DNA of 64,000 bases, from contig CAWGDB010000007.1 in assembly GCA_963821295.1 (NCBI GenBank), positions 254,557 through 318,556 of the forward strand, read 5' to 3'. Positions 19,012-28,383 of the stretch are shown piece by piece (position 1 is the first letter of the stretch; each line of letters begins with the position of its first letter). The notes beneath the pieces were generated by a model that saw nothing but the letters and a program-made list of their open reading frames with translations, ran no database searches and was not told where the DNA came from. This stretch comes from an uncultured Acidobacteriaceae bacterium. GTDB taxonomy: Bacteria > Acidobacteriota > Terriglobia > Terriglobales > Acidobacteriaceae. Made by a program: the position numbers and the translations under genes.

Positions 19012-20502
19012 ATGAAACACATCACTCGCAAAGCCACGCGTCACATCAGCCAGAACGAAGGCCTGATCTTCGAGAAGTCCTCGCCCGGCAAAGCCGCCTG
19101 GAAACTTCCGCCGCTCGATGTCCCCGAAGTCGACACGGCGAAACTCCTCGGCAAACACGAGCGCCAGGACATGGGCTCCCTGCCCGAAGTCAGCGAGATC
19201 GAAATCATCCGCCACTTCACGCGCCTTTCCACCTGGAATTACGCCATCGATCTCGGCATGTATCCGCTCGGCTCCTGCACCATGAAGTACAACCCGCGCG
19301 TCAACGAATTCGTCTCGCGCATCGAAGGCCTCGCCAACGGACATCCCTACCAGCCCGAAAAGGTCTCGCAGGGCGCGATGCGCATCATGAAGACGCTGAG
19401 CGATTGCCTGCTTGAAATCACCGGCATGGATGCGATCACTCTTCAACCCGCTGCCGGCGCCCACGGAGAACTGACCGGCCTTCTGATGGTGCGCGCCTAC
19501 CATCACGCGAAAGGGCGTCCGCGCAAGAAGATTCTGATTCCCGATTCCGCTCACGGCACCAATCCCGCGACGGCCGCCATGGTTGGCTACGCGGTCGAAA
19601 ATTTGAAGTCGGACAGCCGCGGCATGGTCGACGTAGCCGCGCTCGAATCGCAGATGAACGAAGACGTGGCCGCGCTCATGGTCACCAATCCCAACACGCT
19701 CGGCGTCTTCGAGCAGGAGATTCACAAGATCGCCGAACTCATGCACGCCAAAGGCGGCCTCCTCTACATGGATGGCGCGAACATGAACGCGCTCGTCGGC
19801 AAGACTCGCCCCGGCGATTTCGGCGTGGATCTCATGCACCTGAACCTGCATAAAACTTTTTCCACGCCGCATGGTGGAGGCGGTCCCGGCTCCGGCCCGG
19901 TCGCGGTGAAAAAAATTCTCGAGCCCTTCCTGCCCACGCCCGTCCTGATCACCAAGCCCGAGGGCACGCTCGGCTTCGAATACAACCGTCCGCAATCAGT
20001 GGGCCGCGTGCGGGCCTTCTACGGAAACTTCGGAATGTTCATCCGCGCGCTCGCCTACATTTTTGCCAACGGCCCCGACGGTCTTCGCCAGACCACCGAA
20101 GATGCCGTGCTCAACGCCAACTACATCCGCAAAGGTTTGGAGGGCGTATACGACCTGCCGTACGACACGCCCTCCATGCACGAAGTTGTCTTCAGCGATA
20201 AAGTGCAGTCGAAAAAAGGCGTCCGCACCATGGACCTGGCCAAACGCTTGATCGACTACGGATTCCACCCCTACACAACGGCGTTTCCATTGATCGTCGC
20301 AGGCGCGCTCATGATCGAGCCAACCGAGAGCGAGCCAAAAGAAGAACTCGATCTGTTCATCGAGGCCATGAAGTCGATTGCGGAAGAGGTGGAAGAAGAT
20401 CCGCAGTTCGTGCTCGATGCTCCGCACAACACGCGTATCTCACGCCTCGATGAGACCGCCGCTGCAAGGAAGCCGATCCTGCGCTGGAAGCCAGAAGCCT
20501 AG
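19012..20502 (+). CDS. gcvPB: glycine dehydrogenase (decarboxylating) subunit 2
   Basis: EVSEIEIIRHFTRLS, and the PLP-lysine region HLNLHKTFSTPHGGGGPG. The ATG at 19012 is preferred over the TTG at 19000. Confidence 0.9.
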   Translation: MKHITRKATRHISQNEGLIFEKSSPGKAAWKLPPLDVPEVDTAKLLGKHERQDMGSLPEVSEIEIIRHFTRLSTWNYAIDLGMYPLGSCTMKYNPRVNEFVSRIEGLANGHPYQPEKVSQGAMRIMKTLSDCLLEITGMDAITLQPAAGAHGELTGLLMVRAYHHAKGRPRKKILIPDSAHGTNPATAAMVGYAVENLKSDSRGMVDVAALESQMNEDVAALMVTNPNTLGVFEQEIHKIAELMHAKGGLLYMDGANMNALVGKTRPGDFGVDLMHLNLHKTFSTPHGGGGPGSGPVAVKKILEPFLPTPVLITKPEGTLGFEYNRPQSVGRVRAFYGNFGMFIRALAYIFANGPDGLRQTTEDAVLNANYIRKGLEGVYDLPYDTPSMHEVVFSDKVQSKKGVRTMDLAKRLIDYGFHPYTTAFPLIVAGALMIEPTESEPKEELDLFIEAMKSIAEEVEEDPQFVLDAPHNTRISRLDETAAARKPILRWKPEA

Positions 20503-20516
20503 GGACGTGTGGCAAT

Positions 20517-20530
20517 TGTGTGTGTGTGTG
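20517..20530. repeat. (TG)7 dinucleotide microsatellite
   Basis: TGTGTGTGTGTGTG read directly, 15 nt after the gcvPB stop. Confidence 0.8.
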
Positions 20531-20546
20531 TTAGATGGTCGTGTGG

Positions 20547-20586
20547 GGACGGGCGCCTCGCCCGTCCAAGCCGAGCGAAGCTCGGC
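20547..20586. terminator. tandem perfect GC-rich hairpins (REP-like), likely bidirectional terminator between gcvPB and the GGDEF gene
   Basis: GGACGGGCG-CCT-CGCCCGTCC (9-bp stem) is followed by GCCGAGC-GAA-GCTCGGC (7-bp stem). The first hairpin recurs at 25397..25415, and a variant occurs at 26152..26166. Confidence 0.55.
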
Positions 20587-20589
20587 AGC

Positions 20590-21663
20590 TCACGCCTTCT
20601 GCGCGCGCGCCTTCTGTTTCTGCTTATACATCGCGGCGTCGGCGTGTTCCACCACATCCTTGAGCGTCTGTCCCGGCTGCCATTCAGTCAGCCCGATCGC
20701 GGCGTCGATGTGGACCTTCACCTCGCCCGTCCCCTTACCGGTTTTGATCGTGTAGTCGCCGAATACCCACTTATTCACGCGCTCGATTTGAGCGGTCCCT
20801 CCGGCGAGGTCGCAGTCCATCACCAGCATGAATTCATCTCCGCCCCAGCGCCCGATCAGGCCACTGCCCCGCATGGCCGAGCGCAGTTCCTGGGCAAACT
20901 GTTGCAGCAGGCTGTCGCCGGCCAGGTGTCCCTGCTGGTCATTGATCCGCTTCAGCTTGTTGACGTCGAGCATGGCCGCGCAAAAAGGCTGCTTGCTGGC
21001 AATGCGTTGTTCGATCCTTCCCTCGAGGTTGCGCCGGTTGGCGAGCCCGGTGAGCGCGTCGCGTAAGGCAAGCTCTTCCACTTCTTTCAGTTTTGTTTCG
21101 TAGGTCGAAACCTCGGTCTTCAGTTGGCTCACTAACTTGTTGCTGTCCTGCTCCATCTTGTCCACATAACTCTTCAGTTCGAGCGCTTCCTTGACCAGCG
21201 ATGCGCGGACTTTCGTCAGATCCTCAAGGCTCGAAATGGTCTTCAGACGGTCTGTGAACTGGCCGAACTGGGCGGTGTAATGATGGTCGCGTTCTCCCAC
21301 CGATTCGGCGGTGCGCGCCAACATGGTTAGCAGCTCTTTCACTTCCGTGGTTCTTGCCTGGTAGAACTTCTTGGTGCGGTCCTCCCAGAGCGCGAATTGC
21401 TCGCCCACCCCGCACTCGGCCTCCTGCAAAGTAGGAACTGTGAGCGCGCCCTCCAGCCGATTTTCAACCTGGGAAAGATTCTGTTGCAGATCGCAGCCCA
21501 CCGGCGGACAAGCCTGCGCAGCGCTCGTACCTGCTGCCGTCAGCGCGGAGCGATAGGCCTGCAAGGTCGCCGCCAGCAATTCGGTAGGGTCTTCGGTCTT
21601 TGTCTTTGTTTTTGCCGAAGCCTCCTCTGGATTCATCTCCAGATATTTTTTTAACGAGATCAC
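20590..21663 (-). CDS. diguanylate cyclase (coiled-coil N-terminus + GGDEF domain)
   Basis: C-terminal DALTGLANRRNL...DVNKLKRINDQQGHLAGD...GRWGGDEFMLVM. I see no RxxD I-site immediately upstream of GGDEF. Confidence 0.85.
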   Translation of the reverse strand: MISLKKYLEMNPEEASAKTKTKTEDPTELLAATLQAYRSALTAAGTSAAQACPPVGCDLQQNLSQVENRLEGALTVPTLQEAECGVGEQFALWEDRTKKFYQARTTEVKELLTMLARTAESVGERDHHYTAQFGQFTDRLKTISSLEDLTKVRASLVKEALELKSYVDKMEQDSNKLVSQLKTEVSTYETKLKEVEELALRDALTGLANRRNLEGRIEQRIASKQPFCAAMLDVNKLKRINDQQGHLAGDSLLQQFAQELRSAMRGSGLIGRWGGDEFMLVMDCDLAGGTAQIERVNKWVFGDYTIKTGKGTGEVKVHIDAAIGLTEWQPGQTLKDVVEHADAAMYKQKQKARAQKA

Positions 21664-21976
21664 GATTCAGTTTCTCCTGCTCCAAGGTTCGGAGCGCAAA
21701 CGCCGGCATGAACACATATCCTATCGATCTATCGGCACTTCTCTTTGTAACCTTAGTTACTTCCGGTGAATTGGCTACCAATCCACTTCTAATCTTCCGC
21801 TAAGCATGACTGCCGGATAGATGTCTATGGGAGAAGAAATCTGCACGAAATGCCGATATGGCCCTAGCACTATCGCAAGGGCATGCTACCTGGCGGCTAT
21901 CTATGAGAGTCGCGAGTGAGGATGCCAGTCGGCTGTAAGTCAAAACAGCGTAGCTTGCCAGTCGAAAGGCAATTTT

Positions 21977-23248
21977 ATGAAGCCTGCTTCGGTTGGCCGT
22001 TTCCCCCGCGGCTTGTTTCTTATGTTTGTCCTGGTTGTTTCGCCCACTCTAAGCCTGGCCCAACCTGCTGTCGATTTTGTTGCTCCACGCTCGCCTTCAC
22101 CGTCGCACTGCGGTAACGGTGTTCCCACTTACCTTGGTGGATACCTTTCGGACGGCAAGTTTCATCCAGCTTCCACGCATTCCTGCAGCCCACAGGGGAA
22201 ATCTTCATCGCGCTACAAGCCAACCCGCGAGGCTGGATTGCGATCGGCTGAGGTGCCTCCCTTCGTTGACCTTCATCCCCTCGAATATGTGATCGAAAAC
22301 TATCAACCTCCAGCCCGCGCCCAGAGACCTCCGAAGCGCCGGCTCGCCCTCGCGAGTCTGCGGGATGGAATTGTCACCGCGGTCTACGGTCGCGAAAAAG
22401 CTCTGCTTGCTCCCCAACACGTGACCGTCGACTCTCACGGTCGCGTCATCATCTCCGATCCTGGCGCCGGGGCCGTCCACGTGTTGGATGGCACTCAGTC
22501 CTTCCGCATCGCAGCCGGTGCAAACCGCCGCTTGCTCCAGCCCGGCGGAGTCGACGTCGATGCCGACGATAACATCTACGTCGCGGATCCTCTTGGTGGC
22601 GCGGTTGTAGTCTACGATCGTCTTGGAAACTTCCTGCACGACATCGGAAAAATCGGCGATGAGACTCTCTTCCACTCCCCAACTGCCATCGCCGTCGACC
22701 GCAAGAATGGCCGCTTGTATGTTCTCGACACTCCCCGCGACGTTCTCTTCATAACCGATCTGGAAGGCAATATTCTCAAGCGGTTTGGCAAGGGAAGAGG
22801 TTCCCCGATCGGGCGATATGTACACGCGGTAATTCCCATGGATCTCAACACACCTACGGAAATTGCACTCGGCAACAACAAGTTAGCTGTGTTGGATTCC
22901 AACTCATCGCGAATCCGCATCCTGGATCTGCAGTGTAACGTTCTCGGTCAATTCAATATTCGAGATCTCCCGGGACTCGAACCTCCGGATGCGGCCGGCC
23001 TGGGCTGGGACTCAACAGGCAATCTCTATGTCAGCGACGCCAGCGGTTCCATCATCCAAAGATACGATCAGGGAGGGCATCTGATAAGTTCGTTCGGACG
23101 GTTTGGCTATGGCAGCGGCGAATTCGATGCTCCGTCAGGCCTATGGATTGATGCGACAAACCGGATGTATGTCGCGGACACCAATAACCGCAGAGTCCAG
23201 ATGTTTCAGCTGGATACTTCTTCGGATCCAAAGATAGTCCGCAAATAA
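21977..23248 (+). CDS. secreted NHL-repeat beta-propeller protein
   Basis: Signal peptide, followed by repeated NHL-type blades: NIYVADPLGGAVVVYD, RLYVLDTPRDVLFITD, KLAVLDSNSSRIRILD, NLYVSDASGSIIQRYD and RMYVADTNNRRVQMFQ. Confidence 0.8.
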   Translation: MKPASVGRFPRGLFLMFVLVVSPTLSLAQPAVDFVAPRSPSPSHCGNGVPTYLGGYLSDGKFHPASTHSCSPQGKSSSRYKPTREAGLRSAEVPPFVDLHPLEYVIENYQPPARAQRPPKRRLALASLRDGIVTAVYGREKALLAPQHVTVDSHGRVIISDPGAGAVHVLDGTQSFRIAAGANRRLLQPGGVDVDADDNIYVADPLGGAVVVYDRLGNFLHDIGKIGDETLFHSPTAIAVDRKNGRLYVLDTPRDVLFITDLEGNILKRFGKGRGSPIGRYVHAVIPMDLNTPTEIALGNNKLAVLDSNSSRIRILDLQCNVLGQFNIRDLPGLEPPDAAGLGWDSTGNLYVSDASGSIIQRYDQGGHLISSFGRFGYGSGEFDAPSGLWIDATNRMYVADTNNRRVQMFQLDTSSDPKIVRK

Positions 23249-23271
23249 AGAAGCACATAGACGCGACCAGC

Positions 23272-23312
23272 AAAAAAAGCCCCGGGAGTGTCCGGCTCCC
23301 GGGGGCTGTTTG
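23272..23312. terminator. bidirectional rho-independent terminator
   Basis: AAAAAAAG-CCCCGGGAG-tgtccgg-CTCCCGGGG-GCTGTTT. The 9-bp GC stem is flanked by an A-run on one side and a T-rich tract on the other. It lies between the convergent NHL and NrfD-like genes. Confidence 0.65.
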
Positions 23313-23329
23313 GTGAACGATCTAGGATC

Positions 23330-24541
23330 TTATGCTTCCGCCGCAGCGCCTTTGATCGTCCACCGTAACTGCGGCGGCAACTTTGCTGTATTCTTCGGCA
23401 AAATATCCAGATAGATTACCGCGTACCGGAAGATCATCACCGCGGCCGTCAGCACCATCAGCGTGGCCGCAAACTCAGTCCACTGCGGCACGTAGTAGAC
23501 TCCCGAGCTACGCTGCAACCCGGTCACCGAGACATCCACCCGGTTCGTCATGAAGCCGCCCACGATCATGGCGCAGGTCCAGTACAGCTTTTGCGGATCG
23601 TTGCGCACCTTCTCTATGCTCAGCAGCACGACCGGCGCAATTACCAGTAGCGCGGCCTCCAGCCAGAAGGAGAGTGTCTCTTCCCGCCACATGAACATAT
23701 ACCGCAGCGCCTCGTTCCGCGACAGGTCGACCACGCGAAAGATCGCATAGATAGCCAGGAGTGGCGCGATCACCCGGCTCACTTCCGCCAGGATGCGCGG
23801 ATCGAGCTTCACATCCAGCGACCGGATCGAAAGATACAGCGCCATGATCGTGACCGCCAGGCCAGCCGGGATCGCCGACAGGTAGAAAAGCGTCGTGAGG
23901 TTCGGGCTGTACCACAGTGGATCAAGCTTGCCCTCGGTCAGCAAGTAAAGGCCGCCGAGAAAGGACTGGTGCAGTGAGGAGAGAACCACGCCGATCAGCA
24001 CCAGCGCGATTAATACTTCGTGGTGCCACTTCAGGTACCAGTCGCGCAATCTCACAAATGGAATTTTCTCCACCAGCGCCGGTGAGAATTCCAGCGCCAG
24101 CACGGTCGAGTAGAGCATCACGCACCAGGAAACCTCGAACAGCATCGAGTGCCGGTTCCACATGACAATTGGGTGCCAGATGCGCCACGGCAATCCCAGT
24201 TCGTACATCATGCCGGCAATCACGCTCGAGTATCCGAGGAAAGACACCAGAACCGCCGCGCGCAGTACTGGCCGGTAGCGTTCGAAGCCGAGCAGATAGA
24301 CAGCTGCCGCAATCGCGAATCCTCCCGCCGAGAGTCCCACACCGCACAGCGTGCCGATTCCGACCCACAGCCCCCAGGGTTGCGCGTCAGTTAGATGCGT
24401 TGCCCGAGCGAAGCCCAGTGCGAACCGGGCATAAGTGGCATAAAGTCCAGCCGCGAAGATCAGCGCCACAATCACGCGCCACAATGTCACTGTGGGAAGA
24501 GTCACCTTCGAAAAATCAAATTTGGGCAGGTTGCGAGTCAT
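23330..24541 (-). CDS. NrfD/PsrC-family polytopic quinone-interacting membrane subunit
   Basis: 403 aa, about 10 hydrophobic helices. Size and helix pattern match the polysulfide reductase NrfD family. It lies 3 nt downstream of the Fe-S subunit gene. Confidence 0.75.
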   Translation of the reverse strand: MTRNLPKFDFSKVTLPTVTLWRVIVALIFAAGLYATYARFALGFARATHLTDAQPWGLWVGIGTLCGVGLSAGGFAIAAAVYLLGFERYRPVLRAAVLVSFLGYSSVIAGMMYELGLPWRIWHPIVMWNRHSMLFEVSWCVMLYSTVLALEFSPALVEKIPFVRLRDWYLKWHHEVLIALVLIGVVLSSLHQSFLGGLYLLTEGKLDPLWYSPNLTTLFYLSAIPAGLAVTIMALYLSIRSLDVKLDPRILAEVSRVIAPLLAIYAIFRVVDLSRNEALRYMFMWREETLSFWLEAALLVIAPVVLLSIEKVRNDPQKLYWTCAMIVGGFMTNRVDVSVTGLQRSSGVYYVPQWTEFAATLMVLTAAVMIFRYAVIYLDILPKNTAKLPPQLRWTIKGAAAEA

Positions 24542-24544
24542 AAC

Positions 24545-25372
24545 CTAGCTCCTTTCCGTATCGTTATTGTTAACGTTGTCGCTGTCGTCGTTGCGGCCAA
24601 CGCCGCGGCCATTGTCGTGGTTCGAGACGCGCGGCCTAGGGTATGCAATCGTGCCTTCCGCCCGAGCGACCGCCTCTCGCCGTTGAGTGATCCAGTACAA
24701 GCCCGAGAGCAGACTGCCGCCTACCAGCACCACCGTGGGCACATCGCCCAGAGCATTGGCGGTCAGCACTGGCATCGGCTGTTTCGGAGGCGCCGCGAAC
24801 CCCAACTTCTCAAACGGCACATCGGAGATGAAGAACACCGAAGTGCCGCCAGCTTCTTCGCTCCCGTAGATGTGCTTGACATAGCCGCCGCCCAGAATCC
24901 GGCGCTCCGCCTCGTCAAGAATGTCGTCGCGCCATCCGACGGTAGACGCTCCCGTAGGACAAGCTTCCACGCACGCCGGAGGCTTTCCCGCCATCTGCCG
25001 CGCCGCGCACATGTCGCATTTCTTGACGAATGGCACCAGCTTGTTCCACTCGTAGCGCGGCACGCTGAACGGGCAGGCCACCAGGCAGTATCGGCATCCG
25101 ATGCATTTGCTCGCGTCGTAGGTCACCGGTCCGAGTGCTGTTTTCTTCAGTGCGCCCACCAGGCAGGCCGACGCGCAGGCCGGCTGCTGGCAGTGATTAC
25201 ACAGTTTGCGGACGAACTTCTCGCCATGCTCTTCGATCACCGTTAAGTTGGTGGGCGAGAGCTTCGGCTCGCTCTCTGCCGGAAAGCCGTGTACCTGCTT
25301 GCAAGCCTGTTCGCAGCTCCGGCATCCGATGCATTTGGTGATGTCCACCAGGATTGCTTTTGTGCGTTCCAT
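24545..25372 (-). CDS. 4x[4Fe-4S] ferredoxin-type subunit (NrfC/HybA/DsrO-like) with C-terminal TM anchor, no Tat signal
   Basis: Four Cys clusters: CIGCRSCEQAC, CNHCQQPACASAC, CIGCRYCLVACP and CDMCAARQMAGKPPACVEACP. The first cluster begins at residue 14, which leaves no room for a signal peptide. A TM helix VPTVVLVGGSLLSGLYWI lies near the C-terminus. Confidence 0.85.
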   Translation of the reverse strand: MERTKAILVDITKCIGCRSCEQACKQVHGFPAESEPKLSPTNLTVIEEHGEKFVRKLCNHCQQPACASACLVGALKKTALGPVTYDASKCIGCRYCLVACPFSVPRYEWNKLVPFVKKCDMCAARQMAGKPPACVEACPTGASTVGWRDDILDEAERRILGGGYVKHIYGSEEAGGTSVFFISDVPFEKLGFAAPPKQPMPVLTANALGDVPTVVLVGGSLLSGLYWITQRREAVARAEGTIAYPRPRVSNHDNGRGVGRNDDSDNVNNNDTERS

Positions 25373-25396
25373 AATTTCCTCTTTCTCGTGTGGAGC

Positions 25397-25415
25397 GACG
25401 GGCGCCTCGCCCGTC
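25397..25415. repeat. REP-like hairpin inside the operon spacer
   Basis: GACGGGCG-CCT-CGCCCGTC, the same core as 20547..20567. It lies in the 52-nt gap between the GcvH-like gene and the Fe-S gene. Confidence 0.55.
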
Positions 25416-25424
25416 CAGTTCTAC

Positions 25425-26093
25425 TTATGCCAGGAAGAACTCACGCAGCAGGCTTTGCCGAGTCTCGGGTGCAACCCGCGTCAGCAGGCCCCGTTCCGGC
25501 AGACCGCCATCGGCGGCCATGGCCTGCGACATCTCCGGAACCATGCTCGTCAGCCGCGTCAGGCAGTTCTGCATCCAGGGAGCGACCATCGGTCCTTGCA
25601 CCAGGTTCTTCTGGTTCACCTGCAGGTCAGGAGATTTCAACAGCGCGATCCACCCTTTTTCGTAGGGATCGCGCACAATGGTCTTCGGATCTTCGACCGC
25701 ATCGTGGTTGACGGCCATGATTACGCCTTCGACGGGAGAAACCATGTCGATCGCGGTCTTGCCGCAGTGGATCGTCATGATCTTCTGGCCCTGACGCACC
25801 CATCGGTTCTCGCCAATCACATCGATCCTGTCGATCTGCCCAATCAGGTTGGCAGCGAAGCTGTCGATTCCAATGCGCGCATCATTGGGGCTTTCTCTCA
25901 ACCCCCAGGTGTGCCCGGGATGAAACCAGTACCCCTGCGGTATCGCCAGACCGGCCGAGCCCTCCATCCTGGGAGTAGCGATCGGTCCCAGCGCCGGCTG
26001 CGGACGTGCGGCCAGTTCATAAACCTCCGGCGAGCGGAAATAACTGATCGTGATGATCACGAGAAACATCAGCAGGACAAAAAGAATAGACAT
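25425..26093 (-). CDS. membrane-anchored GcvH-like (lipoyl/biotinyl-attachment fold) protein
   Basis: N-terminal TM helix MSILFVLLMFLVIITISYF. A GcvH-like core follows: HPGHTWGL...ARIGIDSFAANLIGQIDRIDV...IHCGKTAIDMVSPVEGVIMAVN...DPYEKGWI. Its Lys aligns with the lipoyl-Lys of the bona fide gcvH at 16777 (ESVKAVSDLYAPASGTVTEVN). It also has a C-terminal extension of about 60 aa. Confidence 0.65.
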   Translation of the reverse strand: MSILFVLLMFLVIITISYFRSPEVYELAARPQPALGPIATPRMEGSAGLAIPQGYWFHPGHTWGLRESPNDARIGIDSFAANLIGQIDRIDVIGENRWVRQGQKIMTIHCGKTAIDMVSPVEGVIMAVNHDAVEDPKTIVRDPYEKGWIALLKSPDLQVNQKNLVQGPMVAPWMQNCLTRLTSMVPEMSQAMAADGGLPERGLLTRVAPETRQSLLREFFLA

Positions 26094-26142
26094 ATCGCTC
26101 CTCCTAAGTGCTCGGGGCTGTAGCGCAGCTCCGGAAATCGTC

Positions 26143-26204
26143 GTGTGGCTGCGGGCGACTCGCCCGTAAGGCGTGGCCGTGTAGCGCGGGCATTCTTGCC
26201 CGCG
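26143..26204. repeat. cluster of GC-rich REP-like hairpins
   Basis: TCGTGTGGCTGCGGGCGACTCGCCCGT is a variant of the 20541 and 25391 element. CGCGGGCA-TTCT-TGCCCGCG follows at 26185..26204 (8-bp stem). Confidence 0.45.
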
Positions 26205-26523
26205 TTTCCAGTGAGCGGCAGGATTCCGCTTTCCTCGTTCTCGCTCGCAGTCCCCGCGTTTGCATCGCCTGAATCACACTGTCTATGTGCACGCGCGTGC
26301 CAAACTTTTGAGCAGGGAAGAGCACCACAAGAATCATCAGCTTGGGAGGAAGTTCAACGAGTTAGCGGAGCGAGCGTTACGCTAGCCCCAGCAATTTGCT
26401 AATGCGTTCTGCGGACCGAAGGTAGGTACTGCATTTTGCAGTGGTCGCGTGCCGAGGGTGCAAACGGAGTAGAGACAGGGCTTGCCCGTCTCCGCTCTTG
26501 CTAGAATCGCGAGGGACCGAAAA

Positions 26524-26871
26524 ATGCCCGACCGCCAGCAGGCCGAACACCACTACTATGCCGCCCTCGACCACGTAGCCGAAGGCAACGACGAACAGGC
26601 CGTTGAGGACTATCGCCAATCCCTGGCCGCCGACCCCACCTTCACCGACGCCCTTCACGGCCTGAGCCGCGCCCTCCAGAATCTAAACCGCCTCGACGAA
26701 GCGATCGAAGTCTCCAACCGCCTCGCGGAATTAGATCCCGACGACGTCCTCGCCCATACCAGCCTGTCGATCATCTATCAGAAGAAGGGAATGGTTCCCG
26801 AAGCCGAAGCCGAAGCCAACAAGGCCCGCATTCTGGGGTGGAAGCAGCAGTTGAAGAAGGGAAGTGGCTAG
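26524..26871 (+). CDS. small TPR-repeat protein
   Basis: MPDRQQAEHHYYAALDHVAEGNDEQAVEDYRQSLAADPTFTDALHGLSRAL... shows TPR-type periodicity. The ATG at 26524 is preferred. Confidence 0.7.
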   Translation: MPDRQQAEHHYYAALDHVAEGNDEQAVEDYRQSLAADPTFTDALHGLSRALQNLNRLDEAIEVSNRLAELDPDDVLAHTSLSIIYQKKGMVPEAEAEANKARILGWKQQLKKGSG

Positions 26872-27055
26872 TGCTTTTCGGCACCGTTGCCGGTGTTGAC
26901 GATCACCCAGATGGCGAAGCTCGACCCGCAGAGGCCGGTAGGCGAGTGGCGTCACGCGTAGGGTTGTACCTCTCAATTGTGGCGTGGGCTAAGCGTCCGT
27001 CTGTATTTCCAGGTCGCTGTGCTCCCAACCCTCGCTGCGGGTTTAGAATTGCCTC

Positions 27056-28234
27056 ATGCGTGAAGTCATTATCGCTTCCTCCGTCCGTACTCCTGTCGGC
27101 CGCGCCTTCAAAGGGACGCTGCGCGCTACCCGTCCCGACGAACTCGCCGCTGTTGCGATCAAGGGCGCGCTTGACCGCCTGCCGCAACTTGATCGGAAAG
27201 AGATTGAAGACGTCATCCTCGGCTGCGCCATGCCAGAGGCTGAGCAGGGAATGAACGTCGCCCGCATCGCCTCGCTGCGCGCGGGATTGCCGGTTGAAGT
27301 TTCGGCCGTCACCATCAACCGCTTCTGCTCCTCGGGACTGCAAGCCATTGCTATGGCGGCCGAACGCATCATGAGCGGCGGCGCGGAGGTCATGGTCGCG
27401 GGAGGGACCGAATCGATGTCGCTGATCCCGATGGGCGGCAACAAGATTTCGCCCAATCCCTGGCTCGTCGATCATTATCCCGACGCGTATCTTTCCATGG
27501 GCCTGACCGCCGAGCGAGTTGCCGAGCGCTTCGACATCACACGCGAGCAGTGCGATGAATTCTCGCTGCGCAGCCACCAGAAAGCGCTCGCCGCCATTGC
27601 CGCCGGCAAGTTTGAAGAGGAGACAGTGCCTGTGCCGGTGAGTTTTACCACTCCAAACGGCTCGAAACCGAAACGCCAGGAAATTACCTTCAAAGCCGAC
27701 GAAGGCCCGCGCGCCGATACGTCACTCGAAGCGCTCCGCGCGCTCAAGCCGGCCTTTCACATGAAAGGCGTGACCACCGCGGGTAATTCCTCTCAGATGT
27801 CTGACGGAGCCGCAGCCGCGGTCGTCATGTCGGCCGAGCGGGCGAAGGCGCTGGGAATCACACCGATCGCGCGCTATGTCGCTTTCGCCACGGCCGGATA
27901 TAAGCCGGAAGAAATGGGACTCGGCCCCGTGTTTGCCATCCCCAAGGCGCTCAAACTGGCCGGGCTGAAGCTCTCGGACATCGACGTGATCGAACTGAAC
28001 GAAGCATTCGCAGCGCAGTCGCTGGCGGTCATTAAAGAGGCTGGCCTCGATCCGGACCGAGTAAATCCCAACGGAGGCGCGATCGCACTAGGGCATCCGC
28101 TGGGCTGCACGGGCGCAAAATTGACGGCGAGCGTGATCCGCGAAATGAAGCGCCGCAAGGCCCGTTACGGCATGGTGACCATGTGCGTCGGTGGAGGCAT
28201 GGGCGCGGCAGGGATTTTCGAGAACCTGGCCTGA
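27056..28234 (+). CDS. acetyl-CoA C-acyltransferase (thiolase)
   Basis: Active-site Cys region [14 protein letters not shown]-terminal [18 protein letters not shown] and [10 protein letters not shown]. Confidence 0.9.
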   Translation: MREVIIASSVRTPVGRAFKGTLRATRPDELAAVAIKGALDRLPQLDRKEIEDVILGCAMPEAEQGMNVARIASLRAGLPVEVSAVTINRFCSSGLQAIAMAAERIMSGGAEVMVAGGTESMSLIPMGGNKISPNPWLVDHYPDAYLSMGLTAERVAERFDITREQCDEFSLRSHQKALAAIAAGKFEEETVPVPVSFTTPNGSKPKRQEITFKADEGPRADTSLEALRALKPAFHMKGVTTAGNSSQMSDGAAAAVVMSAERAKALGITPIARYVAFATAGYKPEEMGLGPVFAIPKALKLAGLKLSDIDVIELNEAFAAQSLAVIKEAGLDPDRVNPNGGAIALGHPLGCTGAKLTASVIREMKRRKARYGMVTMCVGGGMGAAGIFENLA

Positions 28235-28383
28235 AGTTTTACGCAACTTTACGCAGTAAGCATGCTCGTTAGTCCAGTTTTGCAGTAACCTTATAAGTGG
28301 CAGGAAACGTAAAGCAAGCAAGCCAAGGCAAGCGAACGACAATGATGTCGGCCCATCGGTTTCAGTCGTTTCGGAGGTGCTTT

